DNA of 64,000 nt from the human T2T-CHM13v2.0 reference genome, Homo sapiens. The stretch lies in assembly GCF_009914755.1 (NCBI RefSeq), contig NC_060928.1, one strand, 5' to 3'. Below the pieces are notes generated by a model. It was not told where the DNA came from. It did not search any database and saw only the letters and a program-made list of their open reading frames with translations. The translations under genes were made by a program, and so were the position numbers. Shown here in pieces: positions 34,368 through 50,041 of the stretch (its first letter is position 1; every line of letters begins with the position of its first letter).

Positions 34368-35195
34368 GGATCTTAGTAGTAAAAGGTGATACTTCAGGGA
34401 AAGTTTCACTGCTGGCCATGGTAAACATTGGACTCAATTACACACAAGATTATAAAATTATAGATTATGTATGGTTATAGAATCCTAAAGTTTTAAGTCT
34501 TAGGACTCAGCCCATGATTAATATCTGAAGTAGTTGGCCAGCTGCTGCATTTCAGATGATGCTTTTGTAGAATCTTGATATCCTCCAGGGATTCTATTTT
34601 TCTCTATTAAGTGTCAAATGTAACATTTGCTTGGCTCTTTACAGTTTACAATATGCTTCCACAAAAATTAACTCATTTCATCTTATCATAATCTTCATTT
34701 TACAGAGGTAAAAACTGAGGCTGAGAAGGGTTAAAGAAAACCTACTTTTACATAACTGGTACTGGCTGCCAATTAAACCAGAATTTTATACCTTTTCATC
34801 ATACTGTGCTACCTCTCTACGAATAGAGTGTGAGGGAAAGTGTACTCAGTTCCTTCAAAGTGGCTTCATAATAAAGAATATGTCTCTGAAGTTAGAGCAT
34901 ATAACAAGAAAACAGCAGTTTTAAAAATAGCTCCAACCCAACTTTTTGGACAGATGCATCCATTCATTTGTCCAACCATGCATTCACTTTCATTCAAAAC
35001 ATTCAAAAACATTCAAAAAATGTTTTTGAGTGGCTTCAACTGCCAGGCACTATTTTGGGTATTGGGATTATGACGGTGACTAAAACAGATAAAGTCCCTG
35101 CTCTCTTGTGATGCTTACATTCTAGTTGGAGAACATAGATAAACAAATTAACAAATGATTAAGATGTCATGAGATAATAAACACTAACAGGAATA

Positions 35196-35710
35196 TATGA
35201 TGGTTAATTTTAATGTGTCAACTTGACTGAACTATGGGATGTCCAGTTGGTAAAACATTGTTTTTGGGTGTATCTGTTTGGGTATGTCTGGAAGATATTA
35301 GCATTTAAATTAGTACACTGAGTAAAGAAGATCCACCCTCACCAATGGGGGCAAGTGTCATCCAATCCACTGAGGGCCTGTATTGAACAAAAAGGCAGAA
35401 GTAGGGTGAATTTACTCCTGTCTTGAGCTGGGATATCCATCTTCTCCTTGAACACTGGGACTATGGGTTCTTGGGTCTTTTGGCTCCAGGACCTATACCA
35501 GCCACCACCCCCAACCCCCAGTTCTTAGGCCTTCAAACTCAGACTGGAGCTAAGAGTTATACTATTGGCTTCTCTGATTCTCAGTCCTTTGGCCTTGGAC
35601 TGAATTACATCATTGCCTTTGCCATTTTCCCAGCTTCCAGATAGCAGATAGTGGGACTTCTAGGCTCCATAATTGCATGAGTCAATTCCCATAATAAATC
35701 TCTCTCTCTA
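35196..35710 (+). mobile_element. ERVL LTR (MLT2-like)
   Basis: Start tgatggttaattttaatgtgtcaacttgactg; end ttcccataataaatctctc. Confidence 0.78.
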
Positions 35711-35719
35711 GGAGGCTAC

Positions 35720-38700
35720 TATGCACTAGAGCTCACTCCCTTTCTCCTGCTCAAGGACATGTGTCCACAAGCTCTCCCTTATTTTTTCTGTATCAGTTTT
35801 TCTCTCCATAACTGGGTTAATCCGATTGACACAAATATGCCACTAATTTTCCCAATTTAAACAAAATCTTCTCTTCATATTTTATTACTTTGTTAGTACC
35901 CCATTTTCTGTACCCTTTACAGAAACATTTCCCTAAGAGAGTTATCAATTATCACTGTCTTTAACTCTTCTTCCATTCTTTCCTCAACCCATCCAATCAG
36001 GCTTTGAACTACAAAACTTTGATGAAATAGCTCTTGTTAAGGTCCTCAATGACCTCTGTCTTCTTAAAACCAATGGTCAATTCTGAAACTTCATTTTATT
36101 TGAAATATTAGCAGCAACTGAAGTAGTTGATCACTCTCCCCTTTTTGAAACACATTCTCTGCTAAACTTCTAGGACACCAAAATTTCTCAGTGTTCCTCC
36201 TAAGTCAACTGGTCATTCCTTGGTCTACTTTGTGAATCTCTTACTATTGCAGTGTCCTAGCACTTGATCCTCTGATATCTTTCATTCTTTATTATTGCTT
36301 TCTTCCAGTCTAATTTAAAACCCATCCAGATGCTGACGTCTCCCAAATATACATCTCTAGTTAAGATCTTTTTCCTGAATTCCAGACTCATATAGTCCAT
36401 TGCTTACCTGATGTCTCTACTTAGATGTCTGAAAGTCAGTGGAATCCAAGTATCTCCCATGCTGAATTATCCTTATGAGTTCCTTCAACCTGCTCAACCC
36501 TAAAATCTTCCCTATCTTAGTAAATGGCAACTCTACATTCCAGCTGCTCAGGCCTGGAGTCATCTTTGACTCTTCTCTTTCCCAAAAAACCTTCATTCAA
36601 TCTCTTAGTTCTACTTTCCAGTTCTACTTACAACTACCTCCTATCAGATTTACTCAACCACTCTGGTCCAAGCTAACAGGATCACTTGCCATAATATCAT
36701 TAGCTTTCTAACTGGTCTTCCTGCCTCCACCATGGTCCCCTTACAATCTGTTCTCAGTCCAGCATCCAGAATCATTCTTTAAAAAAGTACAGCAGAACAT
36801 GCATTCCTTTTATCAAAACCCATTTAATGGTTTCCTGTCTCTCTCAAATTAAAATTCCAAGTCCTTACAAAGGACTTTAAGGTCCTAAATCATTTGTCCC
36901 CTGCTCTGTCTCTGACATCATCTTAATTTACTCTCTCCCTTGTTCACTGTATTCCAGTCACACTGGCCACCTTGGTGTTTCTTAAGGACACTGGGTATAC
37001 TCCCAGGACCTTTGCACTTAGTGTTCCTTCCACCTGGAACACTCTATCCCTAGAAGGCTCACTTTCTTATCTCTTCCAGATCTTTGCTCAAATATCATTT
37101 TCTCAGTGAATCTGAACTTAACCATCCTATTTAAAATAGCAACTCTCCCATCCTAATCTAGTACTTCCTATTCCTCTACATTATTTATTTTTGTCTTCAG
37201 CACTTATCACCCATCTCACACACTATATTTCTACTTATCTGTTGGTTCTTTCCACTAGTATTCTCAAAATGCTGTTTTGAGAGCAAAGACACATCTGTTT
37301 TACTTATTGTTATATTCCCACACCTGGGATGGTGTCTGGCATGCAGAAATAACTCAGTATATATTATTGAATGAGTAATGAATAAGTTTAAATAACTTTT
37401 TTGAGGAATTCTGCTACAAAAAGGGAGCACAGAAGTGGAGTGCAGGTAGGATAAGGTGAGGTTTAATTTTAAGATGTGTAATATTACAGAATGCTTATAT
37501 GCTAATAGAAATAATCCAGTAGAGAGAGAAAATGTGAAAATATAGGAGAAAAAGGAATATCTGTATGAATCATATCATTAAGTAGGACATAATAAATGAC
37601 ATAACTCAAAAAACTTCCTTTAGAGGGGAGAAAAGACAGTTTATCTATAGAAACAGGAGAAAAGGCGAAGAATATGGCTACAGATGCAGGTGGGTGGGAC
37701 CACGTAAAATTTCTCTGATTGCTTATTTCCTCATCAGCCAATTTCCTTTTGGCAATACTTGATATGAAAAAAGAGGCACTGGAGATTTGAGAGGCAAGGA
37801 GAAGGTGTGAAATGATCCTCTAGAGAGTGGAAGAGTGAATTAATTAAAGGAAAGTAGTAGAATTTCCAGGCTTACTTACATTTAGTTGTCATGAATTTCA
37901 AATGAGACCAGTCAGCATGGTAGTATGTTTGCTCCAGCATGTTCAGGTACATATGCAGGAAGGTGAAGAGTTAAGAGTTCAGCAGGGTTAGTACTTTGCC
38001 AGGCAAATATGAAGCAGTAGAGATGAGCAAGATTGTTGATGGTGTATGTAACAAAGGAATTATAATGATGGACCCATGAGGCCTAGGCTGGGTAAGATGG
38101 GATGTGAGGGCATGGGGTGAGAGTAGGGTGGGTATAGTTAGATGGATCGTAAAGGTGATAAAGTAAATGAATTGGCCATTCCAGTGAAGAACTTTTGATT
38201 TTGGGAATAAATCATAAGATAGGAGCTGTTAATCAGAGAGGACATTTGAAAATTGGATTATTGAGGGATGCAGTTATGGGCAATAACAAAGTGAAGGACC
38301 TGGAATAGTTGGCTGAAATAAAGTGGAGGGCAAGCTTGCTGGAGAAGAGTTCAAGAATTTAGAGACCAGGGTATTGGAAGGACCAACTATGTGAATACTG
38401 AAAATACCAAGAATCTTTAAAGCATACTGTTAAAAAGAAAACAATGGGAAGATGCTAACATTTTTTTTGGACTGATAGTGGCCTGGGGTTCTATTGATAA
38501 TTACAACAAAGAGGAGTAGCAGGTGGTATAGCTGTGTTGGTACAACCTTCAAAGGAACCAGGGCATTTTATGGAGAACGCATGGGAAATGATCTGGAATT
38601 GGCAATGAGGTACAAGGAAGACACTTTTCCCCAATTCAAGACTGTGGCAGAAACATGAATCAGAGGACAGGTTTTGATTGGAGCAAGAAAGTGAAGGAAA

Positions 38701-38750
38701 TATTCTGAGAAAAGGTTAGGAATACAGCTGAGATTCCACCAGCAAAAATG
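35720..38750. mobile_element. Degraded L2 LINE fragments (plus-strand piece to ~37385, minus-strand piece after)
   Basis: L2-typical motifs (aaggtcctcaatgacctc, ggcaactctacattccagctgctcaggc, terminal tgaatga). Boundaries approximate. Confidence 0.65.
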
Positions 38751-38833
38751 GCCTTCATTAGCTCCTATGCCTGAATACCCAGAAATTTCCATTTTATGAT
38801 ATGATAAAATAAGACAATACTATTTCCAGGAGT

Positions 38834-39280
38834 TGTATTAGTTTCTTGTACTTCTATAACAAAGCCCCAAAACTGGGCAACTTGAAACAACAGAAATATA
38901 TTGCCTCATGGTTCTAGAAGCTCTAAATCCGAAATCAAGCAGAGCCATGTTCCCTATGAAATCTACAGGAGAGAATACTTCATCTCCTTTATATTCTGAT
39001 GCTTGCCAGCAATCTTTGGTATTTCTTGGCCTGTGGATGTATCACTTTAATCTCTGCCTCCATCATCACATAGAATTCCACCTGTGTGTCTCTACCTTCT
39101 CTTCTTGTTCTTATAAGGACATCAATCTTATTTGATTCAGGGCCCACTCTATTCCAGTATGTCCTCATCTTAACTAATTACTTTTGCAATTACCTGATGT
39201 CCAAACAAGACCACATTCTGATATACTTGGAGTCAAAACCTCAACATATCCTTTTAGGGGAAACAATTCAACTCACAACA
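38834..39280 (-). mobile_element. MaLR solo LTR (MLT1C-like)
   Basis: tgtattagtttc...aaacaacagaaat...tcttataaggac...aattcaactcacaaca. Confidence 0.78.
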
Positions 39281-39333
39281 GGGACATTGAGAAAAACAGT
39301 ACACCTTTTATGGAATGTGTTCATATATAAACA

Positions 39334-39508
<175 letters not shown>

Positions 39509-39942
39509 TGAGTTCTTGCTCAGTTACTTGCTCATTATTTGCTCAGTAAATGAGGCCTCGTAACCCAAATGCTTAAGACATTTCCATTGTTTATAAAATG
39601 CATGACAACCTAAACAGAGAAAAAGTGTTATATGCGATGCATATGATGTAAAGTCAAAATACCATAAGTATCTAATGATGTGTGTGATAATGCCACTGAA
39701 CCTACTGGGATAGCCCCGTTGACTCAGAAGGGAAGCGTTAAACTTTTACATTGAGGGTCTTGGCAAGTCTTTCATTATTGTAGCTCTATAATTTTAGAAT
39801 GTTGAACATTACAACTAAAGTTCATGAGCCTATGGGTCTGTGAGTAGGGGAAAGCTTGTAATAAAGTGATGCCATAATTTTTATCAGCATGTTACCGCAC
39901 AGATATGGAAAGGAGGGGAAGAAAATTACTCTTTGGTTCTTT

Positions 39943-42084
<2,142 letters not shown>

Positions 42085-43680
42085 ACTCTTTGGTTCTTTA
42101 ATCACAAGTCAAAAAAGGGTCTCAGAGATTCCAGCCTCTGAGATACTCCAAGATGTTACACCCTAGGCCTCAGCCACCTAATTGTGGCTGTAACATCTCC
42201 CCCGCTCTTCTTAAATGAGTTACATGAGTAAGAGATGTCTCTCTTCCATAATGAAGAAAACCCAGGTGATGCAGCCATTCATTGTGCACTTACCAGATGC
42301 TGAGCTCTATACTAGTCCCTTGACCTACTGCAAGTGGGGACCTCAGACAGGCCTGCATCCTGTGCCCACCAAGGGTTGCATCTGGGAAACTGTCCTGTGA
42401 TCCCAGGTCTTGGAAATAAACTAATGGATGATTCCAGTTTCTCACATCTAGTAGCAGGTAGTTACATAATAAGTCTTTTCTTCCAAATTAATGCAAATAG
42501 TCTCTTTGGTTTCAATTTAACTAACTGAAAATTCTGCGTTGGTGAAGTCCATGTCAATGAAGTTTGTTATGCTGAGGAAAGTGATCTGATTATTTGACTC
42601 TTCTTACCTTGTCAAAATGGAGCCAGCATTTCAAAAGGGAGGGTAAGGATGAGGTTTATTACTTGAAGGTAATGTCTTTCATGAAAGATGTGGAATCCAA
42701 CTGTTTAGTAGTATATCTATCCCTCCCTATTTCCTACTCAGCGGGTAAGAAATGAAGTCCCTCATTCTATTACTCTAATTGAATTCCAACTTGGGTAATT
42801 ATACTACAATTAAATAAATTTTCCTCATAGTTTTAATTCACTGATAAATAGTGTTAGTCAAACAGCTACATTACATTCCCAGAAACACATCCCCACTACA
42901 TTTCAGTGATAAGCAGAGTGATTTATATTTGGAAGATGTGTGTATGAAAAGATGCACAGTTCATAAAATATTTTAGGTATCATTCATGATTACATATGCC
43001 TTGCTCAGCATGAGATAACATTAATTTCTATTATAATCTTTCATCTAATTTCTCATATGCTTAGTGCCAAAAGAAATAAGACAGCTAATTAGCATTTCTT
43101 GTTTTCAGAACAGTTTTTGTTTAGTTAACTAGAAGCGTGTATTGATTTGTATTTTTAATTTTTAAAGCACCTTTCATTATCTCTGGGCGATAGAATGGAG
43201 GAGGTGTTACTTCCCATTCTACAGATGAAAAAAATTGAGGCAGCCTTCCCCAAGGTGAGGAAGCTAGTTATCATCAGTATCAGCCTTGAAACCCAAGCTT
43301 CCTCTGATCCCTGGTCCTAGGGCTCTTTCTGTTAAACACTATCAAACACTGGGTCACTATCAATCACTTTAGTTTTACTAATGAGAAAATAAAGAGCAGC
43401 GCAGTTTTTGTAACCTGTGTCATGGGGTCATTTATTTGTAATATAATGATTTAGCCAGGAGCTGGAGGCCTAATGACTGGGTCCTGATCCTGTTCTTGGA
43501 TCATGAAATTATGAAGCTTCTTCGTATCTGAATATTATTATGCGGTACAGCTAAACTGGAACAACAATTCCAAATATGGTGCAAAATAATTCAAATTTCA
43601 TTTTTGTTCTAATGACCTTTCTTAAAGGGTTGTAGATAGCTTTTAATAAAATATATTAAAGACAACATCAAAATACTCAC

Positions 43681-43716
43681 AAAAAGCAGCAGGAGCAGGG
43701 GTGTTATAACGATGCC
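43681..43716 (-). CDS. SLC10A7: SLC10A7 coding exon 6 (36 nt, GIVITPLLLLLF)
   Basis: Minus strand: acceptor tttatttctttcag, exon GGCATCGTTATAACACCCCTGCTCCTGCTGCTTTTT, donor GTGAGT. Phase 0/0 and in frame with the exon at 23734. The peptide is recognised as SLC10A7. Confidence 0.95.
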
Positions 43717-44642
43717 CTGAAAGAAATAAAAGAGAGGATGATCATTTATCAGCCTGGAAAGCAGGACACTTTCTTTGCCATTTTAAACTCTGAGGCATAG
43801 GAGTGCTTATCTTCTCACTGCTGTTTAATAAAATCTAGGAGATAAAGAGGGGAGAGTCCCAATCTTAGCTTTCTCTTCCATAATAACATCTCTATTACAA
43901 TTATTTGTATTTGGCAGCCTGAAAGCACAACCACCAATCTGCCTTAGGTTCATCTTTCCTTTTGTAAACCTAAATTCCCTTCCACATTGCACGTGGATCA
44001 TACAGATAGAAGCTGGTGGCTGGCAAGCTTCCTCACTCCAAGGCTTTCAACTCTAACTTGGATAAAATGCCCCTTTTTGAGAGAAGACAGGTGGTTTAGT
44101 CCCAGTTGGGGTCCTCTCCTGAGCAAAGACCACGTCAGTTGTGATGAATGAGATGTCATGATTTTGTAATGTGAACTGGTCTCCCCTAGGAAATGAGCTG
44201 GGATCTCAAAACTCATTTCACTTGATTAGACTTCATGTCTCCATGGTGGAAGGCAAGTCTTTCATCTAATTCAGCCACATAGGACCACCTCGGTCCCTCT
44301 GCCTCCCCTAGGCAGAAATGAGCAAAAGATTTGTTTTCTTCGATGACAGGGAACAGTTTGAGGCTGTTGCCAATGAGGCAGAATACCAGCTTTTAGGTTT
44401 CTTGAAGGCAAATCTTTAAAACTAAGTGTTTGAGTTGGGAGTTGTAATGACAGGCTTCAGTTTTGGAGCAGCAGATGATTATTTGCCCGTTTTAGTTTTT
44501 CCTTTGTCTCTCAACATTTCATTATGATTTATACCAGAAAAAACATTTCAGATTTTTATTAATGAATTCTACTTGGAATTTTAAAATTTCAGAGAATCTG
44601 AGGTTGTGCGTGCCTAAGACAGAAAAGAGAGGGACAGACAGT

Positions 44643-44648
44643 CACACA

Positions 44649-44686
<38 letters not shown>

Positions 44687-44720
44687 AAGAGAGAGAGAGA
44701 GAGAGAGACAGATAGACAGA
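44643..44720. repeat. Compound microsatellite (CA)n then (GA)n
   Basis: Directly visible. Confidence 0.95.
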
Positions 44721-45444
44721 GGTACTATATATCCAGACAGTGTCCAAGATCCAGATCTGGGACTACTTCATTACTTTTGGAAGAAAAAAAGTCCTTTTGG
44801 TATTTACATGAAAGTCCCTGTGTCATAACAGTCACTCAAGTGTTTTGCATGTGGCCCAAGAGGGACTGGCTTACCTTAAATGAACAATGCTACCATGACT
44901 TTCTGGGGCATATACACATGTGAATATCCACAGACAGACTTGTTTTGTTATTAAATAATAGAATGAACATTTTTTATTGTGCACACTTTTGCAATTGGCC
45001 AAAGAGAATACAATATTTTAATCTAAGAATCACTTTAAATCCTACTTATTAAAACAGGTATTGTGGCCTATCAACTCCATTGGTATCTATGAAACAGGTT
45101 CTCATTAACACATTTAGGAGAGCCAAATGTGCTAAATGACAAATAACTGATAACTTCGAAGGGCTACTGTCCTTCAATGACTTGTACTAAGTTCAGACTT
45201 TAGGAGGAATTCCAAATTTTACAGGGCCACATAAAAATGAAAATATCTAGCTGACTCAGTCTATATGAGAGGCATTCAATTTCAAGCAGATTTGTTTAAA
45301 CATATAATTAAACATCCACTTATATACTGGGTACTGGGCTCATCCAAGAGATTCAAGAGTAAGTACAACATGGTCCCTATGCTTAAACAGCTTATAATCC
45401 AGTAGAGGACACTGATCTATAAACAAGGTTCAATATAGAATGAT

Positions 45445-46745
45445 ATAACTGCTGCAACCGGCGCTGCCACAACTACCTGTGCGCATTGTCCAGGGGCCTG
45501 AGGATTGATAGCCCCCACCCCTGTGCCACTGCATCTAGCGCCCATGTGCACCATTGGGGGGCCTGAGAATAGGCCCACTCTGCCTGCACTGGCACATGTG
45601 CACATCATCTGAGGGTCTGGAGATCAATATATGCCACTCACTGGCATCTGCAGGCACCGTCTGCAGACCAGAGGTCAGGCCAGCCCCACCTGCCACAAGT
45701 GCACTGGCACCTCTGCACATCATATGGGGGCCTAGGGAATGACCCACCCTGCTCCCTGCCACTGGCGCCTGTGCACACCATTGGGAGGCCTCAAGAGAAG
45801 CCCACCCTGCCTGTTGCCTCCACTACCAGCACCAACATACACCCTCTAGGGCACTAAGACTAGGCCTGGCTTACCTGCTACTGCCACCTGCACAGGTCGT
45901 CTGAGAACCTGGGGATTAACCCATCCCTCCCACCAGCACCCATGTGCACCATGTGGGGGCCTGAGGACGGGCCTCCCTGTGTGCTACTAATGTTCATGTT
46001 GTCTGGGGGCCTCGGGATTTACCCACACTTCCTTATCACCACTGGTGCTTGTGTGGACTATTGGGAGGCCTGAGGAGAGACCTCTCTCACCTGCCACTCC
46101 AGCCACCAGTGCCTATGGACAACATTCCAGGGCCTGGGAATTAATCTGCCCCACCTACTGCTGCTGACACCTGTTTGCATCATCGGTGGACCTTAGGAGA
46201 AGCTGTTCCTCTTCTACCACTGCTGCTGCCAGCACCCATGCACAGTGTTGGGACTCACTCTGCCCACTACTGCCAGAACCTATGCAAACCATCCCAGGCC
46301 TGAGGATAGGTCCACTCTGCACTCCACCACCACCTCTGGGGTCCATGGACTGGACTGTCTGGAGTCCCTATCCCCCAAAATGCCTCACCATAGCCTCCAC
46401 TAACAACCACAACAGACACCACTGAGCTGATTACAGCTGAAGAAATACAGAGACTACAATACTGTGCCCATCCAGAATCAAAGCCAAGGCAACCTACCAA
46501 ACCAACACTATAGATATATCTATAGGAAAAATTCTTTCCCTACTAAAGCCAATCTATAAAATTGGAAGAAGCAACTGTTATGCTAGATGTGCAGTAAGGA
46601 CAAAAAATATGAAAAAGCAAGAAAACATGACACCTTCAAAGGAACATAATAATTCTCTGGTAACAGATCCAAAGGAGAAGGAAATTTATGAAATGCCTGA
46701 AAAAGAATTCAACATAATGATACTAAAGAAAATCAGTGAGATAGA
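45445..46745 (+). mobile_element. Ancient L1M 5' end: GC-rich monomer-repeat 5'UTR plus start of ORF1
   Basis: Degenerate ~57-bp repeats (ggggcctgagga core), followed by aaacatgacaccttcaaaggaacataataattctc...gaattcaacataatg, which is typical of the L1M ORF1 start. Confidence 0.7.
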
Positions 46746-46964
46746 AAAGTGTTGTTATCCACAGGTTTTTCTCCCTGAATACTTCTAATGGATAGTCAAT
46801 GACACATGATAGTTTCTTTGCAGCTCTTCCAAGGACTTATAACATTTGTTCCCAAAATAGTAAAAGTTTCCTAGCAAATAGGAAGGATTTGCTAATTCTG
46901 GATTTAATATTCCTTCTTATTTTCTCAAGAATAGCTGTTCAGGTTCATTAAGAGTGAATCACTG

Positions 46965-48770
46965 TATAATGCTGAAACCTACTTTTCAGTTGTATTAGGA
47001 AGTGAGTCAGCCAGGAGGCATTCACTTTGAGAAGAGCACCATAATTTTTAGTAAAGTCATCATGATTATTATTAAAATAATAAAAACTAACATTTATGTA
47101 GTACTTATGTTGGATATTGTACCCAGGATTTAGCTATGTTATTTTATGTAATCCTCACACTCTCTGACATAGGTACTATTATTATATTATCCCATCTACT
47201 AGGTAAGAATGCTGAGCCTCAGAGAGACTGAGTGAAGTAGGAAGAAGCAATGCCAGGAATTGAACCTCCCCTTGACTCCAGAGCCTGTGCTCTTGAATGG
47301 TGTAAATAAAATCTTTGCATTGTTAAGTTATTTCCTCAGGGTTGTATTTTAAGAGTAAATCTGAGAGGAGTTTCAGGCTCAGTATGTCTTTTTGATAACA
47401 TAAAACAAATTAAGAAGTAAGCCTTCATGTCATATGGCAGATACATTTTTTTAGAGTCAAGTTTTTGCAAATATCAGTGGTAAAAAGGGTGAGCTAAACA
47501 TTTAAACTGCATCAGCAACAATCACTGAAAGCTAGAAAATTAAATAAACATGTTATTTTCTTTTGAGTATATGCAGCTCAATTTAATTATTTCTCTTTTC
47601 TCTTTCCTAAGTAAATTCTCCTGAAAATGGATAAAACCAAAGTGGTAGGAGATAAGCACTTCTAGCAAAAGATGTTACCTCCTCCTTGCAGATTCAAGGT
47701 AAGACATAGATTTAGCATCCTTGCAATTGGGATGGTGTATAAAGCTTTCTGATTGCAACACCTGAAGAAGTCAAGTCACAAACTGACTGGCTTTCGTTGT
47801 CTCCTGAAAAAACTTTCAGAAAATCCATTTACACCTCAGATGTGAATGACTAGGTGAATGTATTTCAATGACTTTAGTGGAAAGAAAGAGTGTTAAATCT
47901 TAGATAGATTTAGCTGCATCAAAATACAAACAAAAAGCCCCAAATAACAGCAAGACAACAAAACTGTGAATGTGCTTCTCTCAGCAATAGGACATGCAAA
48001 AAAAAGGCAAAACTAAAGTGAAATTATGAAATTTTTGAAATAGAAAATGTTATCAAGAGGTTTTGCTGCAACAACTACAAAGATCACACAGATATTAAAA
48101 TTGACTTTTTAGATTTGTCTCCAGGATACTGCATTAACTCAGTTTTCACAGAATAAAGAATATCAGTTTTGAAAGGGATCTTAGAGATACCCTGGTCTAG
48201 TCCTCATCTAAAGTGCGAACCCCTCTCTCTGTCTCCCTCACGTCCTTATATAACGCTGAAACCTACTTTTCAGTTGCATTAGGAAATGAGTCAGCCATGA
48301 TGCATTCATTCTGACAAGAGCACCATAATTAAGTTTTGGGGAAGTCATCGCAATTATTATTAAAATAATAAAAGCTAACATTTATGCAGTACTTATGCTG
48401 CATACTGTATTAAGGACTTTGTGTTATTTTAGGTAATCCTCACAACAATTCTATGAAGTAGGACAGCATTATATACAGATGGGAACTGTGATGGCTGTGC
48501 CTTTGCCAGAGAATCTCCCAGAGAGAAGACACCCTTGCTCTTCAGGCAAACAGTGGTCTGGCTGAAGCTTTCTCATGAAGAGAAAGCTCTTTCTTATATT
48601 GCTTCCAAATCACTATCACTGCTGCTCTGTCTTCCCCTTGAAGCAATTTAGGGCAGGTCTCACCCTCCTTCCTGGTGATGGCCTTTTAAATGATGCTCCT
48701 GAATGGTGTAAATAAAATCTATGCCTTCTTCAGCTATTTCCTCAGGGTTATATTTTAAGAGTAATGCTGA
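46965..48770 (+). repeat. Old local duplication in two blocks (46965-47180 to 48249-48470; 47288-47364 to 48694-48770)
   Basis: gctgaaacctacttttcagttg... and tgaatggtgtaaataaaatct...atttcctcagggtt each occur twice. Confidence 0.88.
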
Positions 48771-48860
48771 AGTTAGCATTTTAGACCCTACAGTAAGTTT
48801 TCTCTAGGACAAAAGTCCTCAGTTCCTCCACTGTTCCTCTTAGGGCAGGGTTCTGAGCTT
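48150..48860 (-). mobile_element. L3/CR1-like relic interrupted by two locally copied segments
   Basis: agaataaagaatatcagttttgaaagggatcttagagat; gaaagctctttcttatattg; ttctctaggacaaaagtcctcagttcctcc resemble L3. Assigned by eye. Confidence 0.5.
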
Positions 48861-50041
48861 TCTCTTAGACGTACACTCACCCAGATAAATTTAAGGCTCC
48901 ACATTTATGGGTCAATCTCACTTATTAACAATTGACCAAAACTTGGAAATGAGGCAACAAGAGGACAGCATGTCCCTTTAATGTCATCTTGGAGTATTAT
49001 CTATCAGCCAATCCAAGGTTTACTTAACCACCTTTGTTTAACTTCTATTTACTATTGGTTAAGATTCAGACTATAAAAATATATGTTAACTTACAGAGTT
49101 TTGTTCAGTAGTGATGGAAATGGTTTCTGTCTAGTAGAAAAAATAACCACAATAACTACGGTTTTATTGCCCTGTAGGCATTGGCCAGTTTTGTCTCTAA
49201 TTTAGCATACTTATTTCAGTATGCTTTTCTAATGGCCTGGGTAACCCCCATTTTTATAATCTCCCCAGAACTAGCTTTACCATCCTGATGGTTTCCTCAT
49301 TATTCAGTTAAATAAATGTTTGACAGGTGTTCATTCTGTATGTATAAGAAAATCATGTTCTTAACTTTTCGAAAATTATACTTTGACAACTCCCTTCTTC
49401 TGAACTTGTATTAATGGAAATATCATTTTAAAAAAAAGATTACTGTCAATCTAAACCTCCAGGCTATCTTCATCTTTTGTCCTGTGGTCAGTATATAGTG
49501 ATATCTTAAACAGTTAGTGAAAAGTCTATTCTTCAAGAATAAAATGATGTCAAACCAATATTTAATGAGTGAGACTGGTCAACAAATCCTAAGCAACAAA
49601 TTATAAAGAGGTGGTATAGGGAATTCTGGACACATCTAAATTTCAACAAAATGGTCAGGGTATATAGTCTCCAAAGAATATGACATTATAAGCATGAATG
49701 TCAAGATACATAACTGAGAAAACTTTTAGAAAGAAAGAAAGAGACATTAGGAGCCTAGGGAAGGGTAGTTAGAAAGAAAGTGGTGGTGGATTGGTGAGCA
49801 AGGGCCTCTTTCCTCTCCTCTGACTATACTTTCCCCTTTACAACTAGACCTTCACAGACTAAGGATCTTAACATGCCCAAATCAAACATTTAGCAGTTAT
49901 GGTCTAGCAGCTGACAGGAACATGCTGCTTTGTTTATTAGGCACGGTACACTATTGTGAAGACAGAGGCATCCAACTATTTGAGCTGGATAATACTAGCC
50001 ACTGACATTGTCCAGTTAATTCTCTCTAGTCTGAGATCACG

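Noticed and set aside
45445-46400. Regularly spaced repeats resembling a CRISPR-like array
   Set aside because: The units are degenerate along their whole length with no unique spacers, the DNA is human, and the array adjoins an L1M ORF1 start.
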